Made by a program: the position numbers and the translations under genes | Source: Octopus vulgaris | Lineage: Eukaryota | Assembly: GCA_951406725.2 (NCBI GenBank) | Contig: OX597815.1 | Location: 214,024,001 to 214,088,000 of the forward strand | Direction of reading: 5' to 3' | DNA: 64,000 nucleotides | In this document: piece after piece, positions 11,979-26,495 of the stretch | How positions within the stretch are numbered: position 1 is the stretch's first letter | How the letters are laid out: each line of letters starts with the position of its first letter | The notes under the pieces: generated by a model | Told to the model about the DNA's origin: nothing | The model's input: only the letters and a program-made list of their open reading frames with translations | Databases searched by the model: none

Positions 11979-12484
11979 AGGTTAGTTAATATATTGATGT
12001 AATGTTTGAATACTTCAAGGCTCGGCTAGGGATTGGGGAAAATGCATAGGAAGTATATTTAGAGAAACGAAGTCCTGGGAAGACGAAGTTAGATAACAGA
12101 ATGAGACAGATTAAGGAGCGTCGGGCGAGATGGGTGGGCTTAAGTGGAGACGGTATGTTGTCAGCAAGTTAAAAAGTTTGTACACAAAGAAAAATATGTG
12201 TTTGATATGTGTAGACTTTAGCTTAAAGATAAGCGCATGATCTATGACAAATTGTGAGGGCGAAAAGGCCTTTTTACCGGGATAATGAATTTCTTTTGGT
12301 GAAACGAGAAATATCAATACAAGTACAGCATCGATTTCCAGAACCTTTGGTCCCACAGCCTTTCGGGATTACTGACTTTTTCGAACCAGAAGTTGTCATG
12401 TCAGAATTAAATGAATACAAAATTTACTTGAATAATCAAATGAAATACAACTACCTGTACGTTAATATAAACGATACAAGTTTA

Positions 12485-13257
12485 GGATCTTTTCTGTTTA
12501 GCTGACAATTTTTATCCTCTTCAATTTCTGTTCGAATTGATTTCATATTCGGGGTAATGATATAGTTTTTATGCTAATCAGTACCCTGAAATTCATTTTC
12601 GTCATAAATCAATAAAGAGTTAATATATTCTAAAGTTTGCAAATTTTGGGTAATTTTAGCTAATCGTAAGCCAATATTCATGCCTGCTTCCATAGTAACA
12701 AACCAAGCACGACAACTCTTCTGTCTGCAAGATAGCACGTGTTGACAAATATATTCTATTTATTGTGGTAGTGGTGAGATGTGCTAAAATTTACAGCTAA
12801 ATAGGCCTTAAATTACACACTCCCAATTTTTTTGTTTTGCTTTTTGCATAATCGTATGAATTCCCGTGTGCAGAATACAAATTTGCAAAAATTTTCTGGA
12901 AATCCCCTAACAAAAATTTTATGATGAATTATAAGGCTTGCTTAAAGCAGAATTCCGCCAGTATTTCATTTGTTTACAATTGACAACTTGTGCAATCACG
13001 TACAAAATGAGATCTAAATCCTGTTTTCTTTCTGGGTAAAAATGATCAAATTTTAAACCTCTATAACTTTTTAAAAATATTTCTGGAAAAAGTGGAATAT
13101 CTCCTGAGATTCATCTTGGAAACTTTTTAAAAATATTTCTGGAAAAAGTGGAATATCTCCTGAGATTCATCTTGGAAAACTACATTAATGAACCAGATTT
13201 TTAAAATTTCAATAAACTTTTAATTTTGGAAAATTAACAACCAAACGGAAAAGGACC
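12485..13257 (+). mobile_element. Non-autonomous TIR DNA element with GG..CC termini
   Basis: Imperfect TIRs ggatcttttctgtttagctgacaatttt / aaaattaacaaccaaacggaaaaggacc. Both ends are homologous, in reverse complement, to 15805-17803. Confidence 0.65.
13065..13176. repeat. Perfect 56-bp tandem duplication
   Basis: aactttttaaaaatatttctggaaaaagtggaatatctcctgagattcatcttgga x2. Confidence 0.92.
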
Positions 13258-13722
13258 ATGATACAAGTTTATTCATGCAGAACTGTTTAAGGTACCACAA
13301 ATTAAAGTACCTCAATAAACCAGTCTGGCGGCTGCTGGATCTGGAAGTTCCTGATCGCGAATTAGTGAAGATTATCAGTAGTTTCGGATCACCAGTGTTC
13401 GGAAAATCGTTGTTGTACTTGTATTTTCATCGATTATGAAATTTAAGAAAGTTCATGTATCAATTCATGCGAGGTCACTGATCTCGGCTGTGATTTTAAG
13501 CTCTACTTTGGTTATTATTCTTAAAAACATTATAAACTCATCAAGTGTCACAAAATTTACTGAACTGAGACATGTTGTATTGGCATGTGAACTAGACAAT
13601 TCCCTTGTTATTACACACACACACACACACACTGAGCTGTGCCTATATCATTCAAAATTGCCTTTTCTGTAATTCGACATTTTAAAAATTATTGAAGAGG
13701 GCCCTAGTAAACACTAAAGCTA

Positions 13723-13771
<49 letters not shown>

Positions 13772-13789
13772 TAGATAGATAGATAGATG

Positions 13790-13968
13790 AGGAGATTTCA
13801 CAAAAAAAAAAAACAAAAGACGGAGGCAGTTGGTGTAGACAACAAACAGATGTATTAGTATAGCGCACGGGAAGTGAAAAAGTCATTAACGTTTCGAGCC
13901 TACGCTCTTCCACAGGAAGCAACACAGAAAGAAACAAGGAGAGAAATTAAAGAATGTGTAGTGGCTAG
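13790..13968 (-). mobile_element. Penelope-like terminal-repeat-type repeat with a degenerate hammerhead-like motif
   Basis: Near-identical to 59788-59970, flanked by GATA/TA microsatellites. Minus strand reads CUGUGGA-A-GAGC-guag-GCUC-GAAACGUU. Confidence 0.55.
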
Positions 13969-13980
13969 ATAGATAGATAA

Positions 13981-14061
<81 letters not shown>

Positions 14062-14265
14062 CTCTTCAATTAGCATTGTGTGAAATACATATAACTTCAA
14101 TGAAGTTACTTCAGATATAACATCGCCTTCGAACCAAGAAACTAATATAAATATGAATAGTGATAGCGTATCTAATCAATTTAGTTAATTTACATAAACA
14201 TATATTCAAGAAATATTTCTACTTTAAACATACATACACATAGACATTCACACATATATGCGTTT

Positions 14266-14275
14266 GTGTGTATGC

Positions 14276-14328
<53 letters not shown>

Positions 14329-14359
14329 TTTGTATTTATGTATATGCATTTATATGCGT

Positions 14360-14437
<78 letters not shown>

Positions 14438-14466
14438 TGTACGTATGTATGTATGTGTATATGTAT
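14266..14466. repeat. Compound (TG)n/(TA)n/(TATG)n microsatellite
   Basis: Seen directly. Confidence 0.95.
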
Positions 14467-15622
14467 AATGCTAGCATGTGCGCGAACACGCATATTCTCT
14501 CACACACACTGAGTTAATTACGGCTTTTACCACGTATAATAGACCTGTTGATCTATTTGTAAGCCCCACCCACCGCTTTCCATTCATTCCTTCACTTGTA
14601 TATGTACACTCCTTACTATCTACTCGTCTTTTCATTCATCTCCATTCCCACCCCAACCCCTCTGCACTTATATACACAGCACACACACACACACATATAT
14701 ACATGTGTGCGTATATATGTATGTAAAAATATATATTATGTGTGTGTGTGTATATACATATATACATATTTAGGTACATATATATGCGCGCGTGAGCATG
14801 AGTGTGAGTGCGTATGTGTCTATATATGTGTATAAACATAAAGAAATCAACTCTGCACCCCCACCACTACCACTACCACCACCACCACCACCACCACACA
14901 TGCACATTATTTCTCTTCCCTTCAACACAATTAACTTTATTGCTCTACTTCCATTTTATTAAAGCGCCCTCCATTTAGCTTTATATCACACCCACTTCCA
15001 TTCTTCGATCAATCTCTTTCTATAAACGGGCCCTTTCCTTCTACCTCCACTTTCTCTGTTTTCTTTTCTCTTGTTTAAACATTCCTTCTCTAACATGTAT
15101 ATCACGGCGCCATTTTATTTTCAGAGCAATACTTCGTTGCTATGTCCTTTTGACTTCTTTCACTCAGAGTAATCTTGCTGAAATCCACCTGTGACTCCTT
15201 ACAGCAATAGTAAATTGCCGTACAATTAATCGAGCTCTAAATAATCATATAAAGTGGAGAGTAACGATAAAATCGAGAATGCATTGATACGATACCGCTG
15301 CAACAACTGTTGTGAATTTTGAAACCCAATCCTGTTCTCGTTTGGGACAAGCCCTGAGTCAGATCTACGGTTAATATTGGATTTGGTAGGTATATGTATA
15401 TGTCTACGTGTGTATGTATATGTGTGTGTGTGTGCGTGTGTGTGTGTGTGTGTGTGAGTGTGTGCGTGTGTGTGTGTGTGTGTATACCTACTAACAAAAG
15501 TCTTCTTACTTCATTGTGAGCTTAATATAAAGTACCCAGCCGTTCTTGGCCTCCTACTTGTTGATAGGCCTAGATTCTAACGAATTCTGTGACTGAACTA
15601 TCTCACTTTCACTCTCTCTATA

Positions 15623-15683
<61 letters not shown>

Positions 15684-15736
15684 CTCTCTATATATATACA
15701 TCTCTGTCTATCTCTCTCTCTCTCTATCTATCTATC

Positions 15737-15782
<46 letters not shown>

Positions 15783-15804
15783 TAAACATAACACATATAT
15801 ATAC

Positions 15805-17803
15805 GGTATCTAGTTGGTTTGGCTGCCAGCATTTCAAAAATTAAAGTTTATCGAAAATTTTAAAATTTGGCTCAACAACATACTTTTCGAAGCTGAATTG
15901 CTGGAGTTACTTCACTTTTTCTAGATTTGGAAGCTGTCATTTTGTGCGTGACTGCACATTTTGTCGTCAATATCCTGAAAATATAGCACGTGTTGTCAAT
16001 ATTTGTAAACAACACGTGATTTGTAGTTTGAAGCATTTAATATAAATTTAATGCAATAGCACGAACTTAAAAGGATTTATCCAAAAAACGTCATTTAGCT
16101 GTTATATTTAGCACACATCACAACCACCTCAATGACAAAAAGAAATTAGTAAACATGTTGTTTTAAGCATTCAATATGCATTTAATGCAAATGCGATGAA
16201 CAACACGTTACCTGCGATAAACACATTAAAAATTTACCCCCACAAATGGTTTCAAGACAGTTTTAACAGAAAGATTTGGAAGAATTAGATGAAAGTTCTC
16301 CAGTAATTTTCTTTTATTTAAATAAATGTTTATGTTAATTTAAAATTTACCAGCAAAATCTTATAAAATGACAATGTTCTAAAAGATGTACTTGTGTATG
16401 TGTTATATATGAAAATAAAAGAGTGAACAACATATGCTTAAAAAACAAATATTTAAGCATGCAATAAGCAGCACATTACAAAATATTTTTAATTTTAAAA
16501 ACGAAAGTTAGAAATACATTCTATCAATTTCTCAAAAAATTCACAATTTTCGTATCTCACGTGCCTCATAAATTCACAGAGATATGAATGTATTGGGTTG
16601 TCCGGAAAGTTCGTGCCGATTTTTAAAAGAAAGAAAAAGGTCAATAAATAGTTGCCATTACATTTTTAATGAACCAAATATGAATCATTTTGTGACACAA
16701 TGCGTCTGCATCTTTCCTTTAACTTGAAAATACCCTCTTCTCAGAATTGAGCTGGTTTCATGGCAAAGAATTCATCAAGGTATCTTTTTACGTCATCCAA
16801 GGAATTGAAATGTTTACCATTAAGACTATTCTGCAGATGCTTGAATAATTGTAAATCCAAAGGAGTAATATCCGGTGAATATGGAGGGCGGGGTAACACA
16901 TCCGAGCCGAGCTTCAGCAATTTTTGTCTGGTTCCCAAAGCATCAAGTGCAGAAAAGGAACTTTCTTATCTTCCATTTTAAAGGATTACAGAATTAACAC
17001 AGGTTATAGGAACATAAATCTTCTTCCACGAAAAGATAGCTTAAACTGTGCTCTAAATGGAGGTGTAGTCAAATCCTGTTTTATGGAAACAACCATGTTC
17101 TAAAATAAATCGAAAGGTAAGCTACTATAAATCGGCACGAACTTTCCGGACAACCCAATACCATAGAACAGTGAGCGCCACAGCGTCGTTTATTAACTCG
17201 CTTCACCGAGGTCCACGTACTCTCCACTTGTTGAGTTTGGCTACTATTTTCGAGTTAACAATAAGAAAAAAGAAAGAGTAAACGTCTTTTTAGTTTTAAG
17301 CATTCAATATGCATTTAATGCAATAACACGAACTTAGAAGATTTATCTTAAAACAAAACAGCACATTACAAATTAAATATTTTTAAACAACTAACATTTT
17401 GCTGATCAGTTAATTGAAGACTAAAGTTAAAAACGCATTCACTCAATTTCTCGAACAAAACACAATTTTCAAATCTTCTGGGCTACATAAATTTCACATA
17501 TTCAATTGTTATCAGATAGGTAAAGCAAGTGGTTTCAATGTATTTGTCAACACGTGCTTTCACGCAGACAAAAGAGATCTCATGTTCTGCTTGTTACTAT
17601 GGAAACAGGCATGAATGTGTATGTGGCTTACGATTGGCTAAAATTAGCAAAATTTTCAAATTTTAATTGCTAATAACTTTATTTATTGGTTTATAGCGAA
17701 AATGATTTTCAAGTCATTTATTAGCCAATAAAAATGTATCATTACACTGAATATGAAATCAATCCGAACAAAATTGATACTGGCATCCATACCGACTAGA
17801 TCC
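15805..17803 (-). mobile_element. Non-autonomous TIR DNA element related to 12485-13257, sitting in (TA)n and hosting a mariner insertion
   Basis: TIRs ggtatctagttggtttggctgccagcat / atactggcatccataccgactagatcc. 17540-17780 is the reverse complement of about 12525-12750. Confidence 0.65.
16593..17158 (-). mobile_element. Internally deleted mariner with perfect 30-bp TIRs and TA duplication
   Basis: ttgggttgtccggaaagttcgtgccgattt and its exact reverse complement, each flanked by TA. ORF 16741-16938 has PRPPYSPDITPLDLQLF (the YSPDL motif). Confidence 0.93.
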
Positions 17804-17810
17804 TATATAT

Positions 17811-17887
<77 letters not shown>

Positions 17888-18410
17888 TGTGTGTGTGTTT
17901 GGATGTGTATGCGTTTCAGTGTGTTTGTATGTTTATTACTGCTTATCTTACTGTTGTTTCAACCCGCTTTTTCCCGCCTTTCAAACTACACTACAACACG
18001 TTCCAATATGCCAATCCTCTCGTATGTCTGCGCTATAGGCCAGGCGACAAATCTATTCATATTTAAAGCAAGGCCACTCTTTATAGTGGGCAACATCTTT
18101 ACAATTGGCGTGTGCTTAAGGTGTGATCATAATTCAAAAAATAAAACCTACCCAGCCAAGTTTGCTGTTCTCTCTTTTGTCACTCTCTCTCTCTCTCGTT
18201 CTCTCCCTTGTTTCTGTTTCCTCCCTTCCCCCTTTCTTTCTATTTTTCTCATTCTCCCTCTCCTTCCCGCTTGTTTTATCTATGAATGCATGTCAACTAC
18301 GTATGGATTTCTTCTATCTGTCTGTCTGTATGTCTGTATGTATGTGTGTATATCTGTATGTTTATCTGTCTATCTATCTATCTGTCTATCTATCTTTCCG
18401 GCTGTCTATA

Positions 18411-18874
<464 letters not shown>

Positions 18875-19130
18875 CTAACAGTCTTCCTTTTATTATGTAT
18901 TATTTATTTGTTTGCTTATTCATTTATTTGATTGCGTGTATAAATATGTATTAATGCGAATTTTTGTGTCTGACCAATCGTAAATCTTCCTGTGACTTTT
19001 TTTTTATCTCTTGACACAAATAAAACACCGAACCCAGACACACGCCCGTACACCCACACAGACCTATGTTTGCGGGTGGGTGAAGACTGCACGCAATCTC
19101 CTTTACACGTACATATATACCCGCATAAAA

Positions 19131-19195
<65 letters not shown>

Positions 19196-19261
19196 AACAA
19201 ACACGCATAACATGAATTCAGGTGTCTTTCGCTATACCTCAAGCTTTTGTTCGTCCAAATA

Positions 19262-19315
<54 letters not shown>

Positions 19316-19649
19316 CACAGGAGTAGGTCAAGGTCGAGAGAATAAACGCTTTAAATACTTTCTTTAGAACAGCGAAGTGGACAAAATATTCTGAGGTATA
19401 TATCTACGTCCCTTCACGTTCTGAAATAAAATGCTTCCGAGGTTGTTAGATCCTGGGGCCACGCTCCATTTCGCTTTTCAAACACACACACACACAGAAA
19501 GCAAGAAAAGCACGTGAGCTCCAGATTAAATTAGTGTGTCTTTTGTCCCCTTCAATCATTGGACTGCGGCCATGGCGGGGCACCACCTGGAAGGGTTTAG
19601 TCGAACAAATTGGCCCACAGCACTTGTTTAAAGTATATTCAGGTCATTT

Positions 19650-19908
19650 ATCGACGGGCATCACTGGTGACGAAAGCTAGTGTTACGGAATTTGCAGATG
19701 TGGAAGAGGTGAAGAAAAATACTACGGAGGACTTAAAAGGCATCACTTTACAAGAGTTCCTGCACTGCTTCGAACGGTGGAAAACGCGTCTGGTCAGATG
19801 CATTGTTTCAAATGGCCTATAATTTCAAGGCGATAAAAGTGTAAACGCATAAAACTAAGTGAATAAAATAATATTGCAAAATTCCGGTTTCTTTTGAGTA
19901 TCCCCGCG
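19650..19908 (+). mobile_element. mariner 3' fragment with right TIR
   Basis: FADVEEVKKNTTEDLKGITLQEFLHCFERWKTRLVRCIVSNG. Same family as 27690-28578. Confidence 0.8.
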
Positions 19909-19914
19909 TATATT

Positions 19915-20372
<458 letters not shown>

Positions 20373-20378
20373 ACCCAT

Positions 20379-20436
<58 letters not shown>

Positions 20437-21000
20437 TCAAACACGTGTGTGTGTGTGCAAGCCACAAAACCTTCATAAACTATAAACTCTTTAACAAGTT
20501 CTGTCCTACGAAAGTGAAGGACAAATCAGCATAAGGAAACGTCAAGGTATAAAAGATTAACAGACCAGAAACATATCAAGCATATCTTCCCGCCATCAGC
20601 TGCCGGTATGTGTAATGATGCATCCTTAAGCAGTAAAGACGTCCAATAATAGCATGACACAACTGATGAATTTAAAAAAATGAATCGAGGACAACCATAC
20701 ACTATGCTAAATAAAAAAATAAAAAGCAGAACACGAAATTATCTTTGGAAACCAACCAATGAAAACGATAATTTAGACAAAAGTATGAACCAGCTCCACC
20801 GCATATAAAACGAACCCGAAACCGAAGGAAATACAGATTTCGTCTAACGACCGCAATGGTATGTAGCTTGGATTACAAGAAAAATAAATCACTATATGTG
20901 GGTATATATATATATACACAGACACACACACATTCATACAATAGCACATGTACGTGTATGCCTATTATTGTTACATGCTTTTGAGCGTGTGTATATAAAT

Positions 21001-21036
<36 letters not shown>

Positions 21037-21039
21037 GCT

Positions 21040-22068
21040 TATATATATAAGAGACTAAAGTGTACGTACGCCGCTATAGTTTTATATATAAAAAGTACAA
21101 AAATGGGAACAAAACGCAAAACATCCAGGCCGTTAGGTGGTACGAAAAAGGAACAACAAAGCATCTAGACAAACGATACAAAATCGGAGTTTTCTATCCT
21201 CAGTCGAGTTCCAAATTATCTTTGCAATTTCGGGTGGCTATACTCGGGATTGATCCAATCTGGCCATCCCCAAGGGAAAACTAAACTAAGAGCATTATTT
21301 TCCTTGGAAGAAAAGCAGCTAATGTATACGAAAACAAGGACGAAAAAAACGGAGAAATATTGCACAAATACAAATAACAGGACATAACAACAGGTGTCTT
21401 TCGACTTACTAATTAAATTAAGCTGGCGTATGTGGAAGTAAAGCCTTACGACAGGGACATAAGATCTGACAGGCACAGGGAGGAATATAGATGTTGCACG
21501 GATGGTGGTCGAACCAAGAAAGAAAGGTCGGGCTTGGACGAACACCGGTCACGTGGAGAGATAAGAGAGAGCGCTAGAAACAGAGAGATAGAAGAATTAA
21601 GGAGGGGCGAGAAAAAAATGAAAGGGACACAGTGAAGTGAAGAAGAGGGAAAGTGAGCATGAGTAGAAGGCCAGGAAATGTGAGAGAGGGGAAACGAAAG
21701 AACGAAGAGGGGAATAAACGGAGTGAGTGTGAAAGGGCTGATAGAAAGAATGAAAGAATAGAAAGTGTAATAGAGTCGTATAAAATTTAGATATATATAC
21801 TTACATATAAGAGACCAAAGTGTATGTACACCGCTATATTTCTATATATAAAATGTACAAAAATGGGACAAGAACGCAAAACATCCAGACAGTTAGGTGA
21901 TACAAAAAAAGGAAAAACAAAATATCCAGACAAACGATACAAAGAAAACAAGGACAGGTCATTCGTAGTTTTCTATCCTCAGTCGAGTTCCAGATTATCT
22001 TTGCAATTTCGACTGGTTATACTCGAGATTGCTTCAATCTGGCCAGCCCCAAGGAAACACTAAGCTAC
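21040..22068 (-). mobile_element. Penelope-like terminal-repeat family, present as a partial direct repeat (about 21045-21290 and 21805-22068)
   Basis: Two diverged direct copies beginning tataagagac.aaagtgta. A related copy on the opposite strand lies at 37500-37910. The PLE assignment is inferred. Confidence 0.5.
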
Positions 22069-22653
22069 ACATACATACACATGCAAATTACATTCATATA
22101 ATTATGTCCACGTGTGAATAAATGTCTATGTATATGTTTATAATATGCATGAACTTATTTGCATTTATGTTGTGTACGTATAGTCATGCGGATTAGATTG
22201 AGCTTTTGTGTTTTAATGTATGACCTCTTCTATGTGCTTTACGAGCGCGCGTGATTGTGTATATGTATGTGCATGTGTTAGAGTGTATTAAATGTTTATT
22301 TCTTCCTTCTTACGATACACATGAACGCTGACGATATTTTAAGCCACCTACACACATTCCAATGAAAGCCGATAAACATACATACAAAAGATTTAAACAA
22401 ACTAAAGAGACGAGGATACTTTCAATAATGAACAACAAAAAAAAATCAAAAGACAAAAATGGAAAAAAAAACAAATAAATAATGAAGCAATTGATATAAT
22501 AAAATATATGAAAAATACAGAAAAAAAAAGACAGAAAAGAACTTGAAAATACAGAGAATGTTGCTAATAATCTTCTGTCAGTGGAAATATAAGCTTAATA
22601 TATTTCTTTTAATTCAGGTGCTTTAGCGTATTAATACATTTACGCACACACAC

Positions 22654-22719
<66 letters not shown>

Positions 22720-25135
22720 ACACACAGCATGTGTAAGTCGGTGATTTCGAAGCTGCACACTTACTACCATAAATTTATCGAGTCTAACGGTATTCGATTA
22801 CATTCTAGATTCTGCTATCTCCAATTGATTTGGAGCAGTAGAAACACCGTTGACTTTCTAAAGGTGAAATATCAAGAACACTTTATTTACTACTTGCTAG
22901 TAATGACTACACTGTCCTCTTTATAAACCATATGCAGTTGTTATTACTTATATCTATATGCCTGTGAGGAAGAAGTATTGTCCGAAACGTAAAGATTTTA
23001 CTGCACTGCATATCTATGCTATCTATTCTCAATTTTCATGTAATTGGTATTTTTCGGTGTTACCTACATGGTCATATCTATAGATATATGCCAGTCTAGA
23101 GAGGATTAGGAATCAGAAATGATATGGTTTACTGATTGCCCACATAATCAGTAACTGAGGTTAGCGTCTGATCTTTTCTTTTAGTACTTATTTGTGGCTA
23201 GATATTGATCTTGTTTAGTTGAAAATAGAATCTTTTGTCGCTGTCTTCTTTATTTGCAGATATTTTGTATCATCGTTGGCTTTTATATTGGTTCACTTAA
23301 TTATTGTGTAGGTTTGCAAGGTACTACAATGAAAGAATTTTCTGTCAGTTCTTTAATTTAACACTCTTTATCTTTCATGTTGATTTGAAAATTGTCATTT
23401 TGGTTTTAGATTTAATTATTTTTTTTTAAGATGGAAAAGTATAAGCATTTAATCTTGGAAATATTCTTGCGTATCGTATCCGATATACAAGTCAATTTTG
23501 GTTTGGGATACCGGAAGACCCAAAGTTTACATCGATAGAAGTTCGAACAGAAACCGGTTGGAAGGCATCTGGTACTTAGCTTCCAACTTTTGACTGACGA
23601 AGCTGGGTTTCACTGGGTTTGCACTGGAGAAAGTTACCTTATTACATAGGATATGTATATACACGTATACACACACACACACACACACATGCACACACAC
23701 ACACAGATATCTATATGCACACATACATATTAACACGAACATACATATACATACATACGAGAGCGCACATACTAACGGTCACACAGTTTTTAAACTGAAG
23801 GGCTAAAACTATTTATTCATTTTTAATTAAGCGTTCAAAGTTGATTTTTTTGTCTACCAACAACACAGATGGAATTGCTGGTATAAATACTGGTAATATC
23901 CGAGATTAATTTATTCAATTTTTACATATTTTAATGCAGAATTAATTTCGTGTCATGTCGAAAGAATTTATAATCGGTAATTTTAAAAAAATAATTTCTA
24001 TATGGTTGCGGTCTCCTTGAATTAACACTCGGCTCCAAATTCACATTAAAACAACCTATATACAGCCAGTTAATTCATAATTCTTCCTGAATATATCGAT
24101 GAATTTCTTCCCAAGTTGTTATACAATTCAACTTTCAACAAGTTTAAGAAATTCTTTGTCACAGATCAACTTTTAAGTTCAGATGTAAGCCATTTTTTAA
24201 TGCTTGTGTAACAATGAAGTGTTAACTACCGCTTTATTCGCTTTGAAATTGAAATCTATATTACTTAATCCTATTGTTGACATCAGTAACCTTTTATGCA
24301 AATCCACTTCCATTTATAACAGACCTTTAACAGATAAATAATTTAATATATTCGACTACATTATAATTCAAATATGTAATGTTGTCAAAACCAACAGGAA
24401 ATAACAAAAAAGAGAAAGAAAACAAGAAAAACGAAAGCAGAAAATATGATTGATACCAGAGAAGTGGTTTGTTCAACATTCTAAAATATCTGAGTGAGTC
24501 TATCTATGTGGGTTAACTCCAAAGAAAATTACTTCTGAACAAATAAATACTACCTGTAAAATCAACGTGACATTCTTTAGTGTTATTAACTTAAGTAAAA
24601 AGCTTCGAAACATCTTTTCATGAATATGCAATATGTATGTGTATGTATGCATATAAATATATATATATATATATGTATATGTGTGTGTGTGTGTGTGTGT
24701 GGTATTTATACATTGGTTTCTGTCGGACGAATAAGATAGGAGATACGAGTGGTAAACACGTTGTTATGCTGTACAGGATATGTCTTTCTTTTCTTGGAAC
24801 TGAAATTCGAGTCATAAGGCAAACTCTCCGTTCCAGTTTCAAAAAAAAAAAAAAAAATGGGGAAGACTAAACATATGATCGACAGGAAACTGATACCAGC
24901 AAAAACAAAAAACAAAATCACCCCTGGCATTGTTGTAACTGTTTAGATAAAGTGTTTCGGATATATGTGTTGTTAAAAAGTATTAAGATATGACTGTTTG
25001 CGATTTTGAAAGTGTAAGCAGCAATTCATATTTAGGTATTTGATCGATATTCATCAGATCATATCATAGCTTGATAATATTCTTCTAAAAGTATTTCCTT
25101 GGTGACACACTCAGTAGAAACACCTGACATGGTTT

Positions 25136-25368
25136 AAGGCAGCGAGCTGGCAGAAACGTTAGCACGCCGGACGAAATGCTTATCGGTATTTCGTCTGTCT
25201 TTACGTTCTGAGTTCAATTTCCGCCGAGGTCGATTTTGCCTTTCATCCTTTCGGGGTCGATAAATTAAATACCAGTTACGCGCTGGGGTCGATGTCATCG
25301 ACTTAATCCATTTGTCTGTCCCTGTTTGTCCCCTTTGTGTGTAGCCCCTTGTGGGCAGTAAAGAAATA
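25136..25368 (+). mobile_element. Young SINE A with a 17-bp TSD
   Basis: Flanked by agaaacacctgac(a/g)tgg at 25116-25132 and 25369-25385. Confidence 0.92.
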
Positions 25369-26079
25369 AGAAACACCTGACGTGGCTTCCCTTTTTGTTT
25401 TTAGACATAATACTGTCCACCCTGCGTTTTTGAATATGACCGAGACTCAATACACAGAAACAGTACAGAATGCTTCATTGCTCTTGCCTATAACACGGAA
25501 CCAGTGGAATCTCCGACTACCACAACGAAATATCCGTTAACTCTTTGAAGAAGAGAGAAATCATAAGTTCCTTTAATCAGTTGCTAAAACGATCTCATAA
25601 AAAGTAGCAAAGAATTTTCAAACGGCGTAGGTGGCACAAGGAAATACCGAGACTGAAAATGTGAAACTTCAAATGTGAAACCATTCACGTGATCGGATTC
25701 TCTTTCTCTTGCCTCTCTGTTCTTTTAATTTTCTGTTCGTTTTTCGTTCTCTTTCATAAATGATATCGTCCGACTTGTCAAATTCTCTCCGCTTTCGTTT
25801 CTTGATGGACTGAGTTTCATGATACACTTCTTTGTTTGTTGTGCTCTCACTTTATATTTCACTTGTCTGATTCATTTAAGTGTTTTGTGTTTATTTGCTT
25901 CTTCTTTTATCCTCTGTGGCAAATACACAGCGATATTAGCCAAATGACATTTCATATGGTCCTTCCATGGCCAATAAAATAAATTACTAATCAAATACTG
26001 AGGTCGGTGGTACCAATTAATACACCTGCCTCAAAATTCTTGACTTTGTGTTTAAATCAGAAGCAGTTATCATTTTGTG

Positions 26080-26495
26080 TAATGGTAGAATCAATAGAAC
26101 ATCGAAATGGTCCGAATTCTGTACATTCTCAGTTCCAGTCTAGCCATGGTCAACTTTGCCTTTTATCGTTCCGGAGATAAGTAAAATAAAATACCAGTTA
26201 AATACTGGGGTTGACTGACTCGACTAAACTAAACCCCAGGTTTCTGGCTTTGATCCAATGTTACAAACAACTATAGAAAGGAAGTGGATTAACAGAATTG
26301 TTAGAGCATCGGAGAAAATGCTTTGAGGCATTTGTTCCGGTCCTTTGCGTTCTGAGTTCAAATCCTGCCGAAGTTAACTTTGCCTGTTATCTTGTGGGCG
26401 ATAAAATCAAGTACTGGTATGATACTAGGGTCGATGTTATCCACTAACCTTTACCACCCTCCCAAAAATGCTGGCCTTGTGCCTAAATCAGAAAC
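26080..26495 (+). mobile_element. Two adjacent old SINE A copies
   Basis: Both retain the caactttgcct...taccag/tactgg core. Confidence 0.7.

Noticed and set aside
12254-12505. 83-aa ORF with an FFEPE motif
   Set aside because: Too short, runs into a TIR element, and has no recognisable domain or splice support.
17969-18108. E2F-like TTTTCCCGCC, TTCAAA and CCAAT boxes as a cell-cycle promoter
   Set aside because: The motif order is not canonical CDE/CHR, no linked exon is visible, and short motifs are expected by chance.
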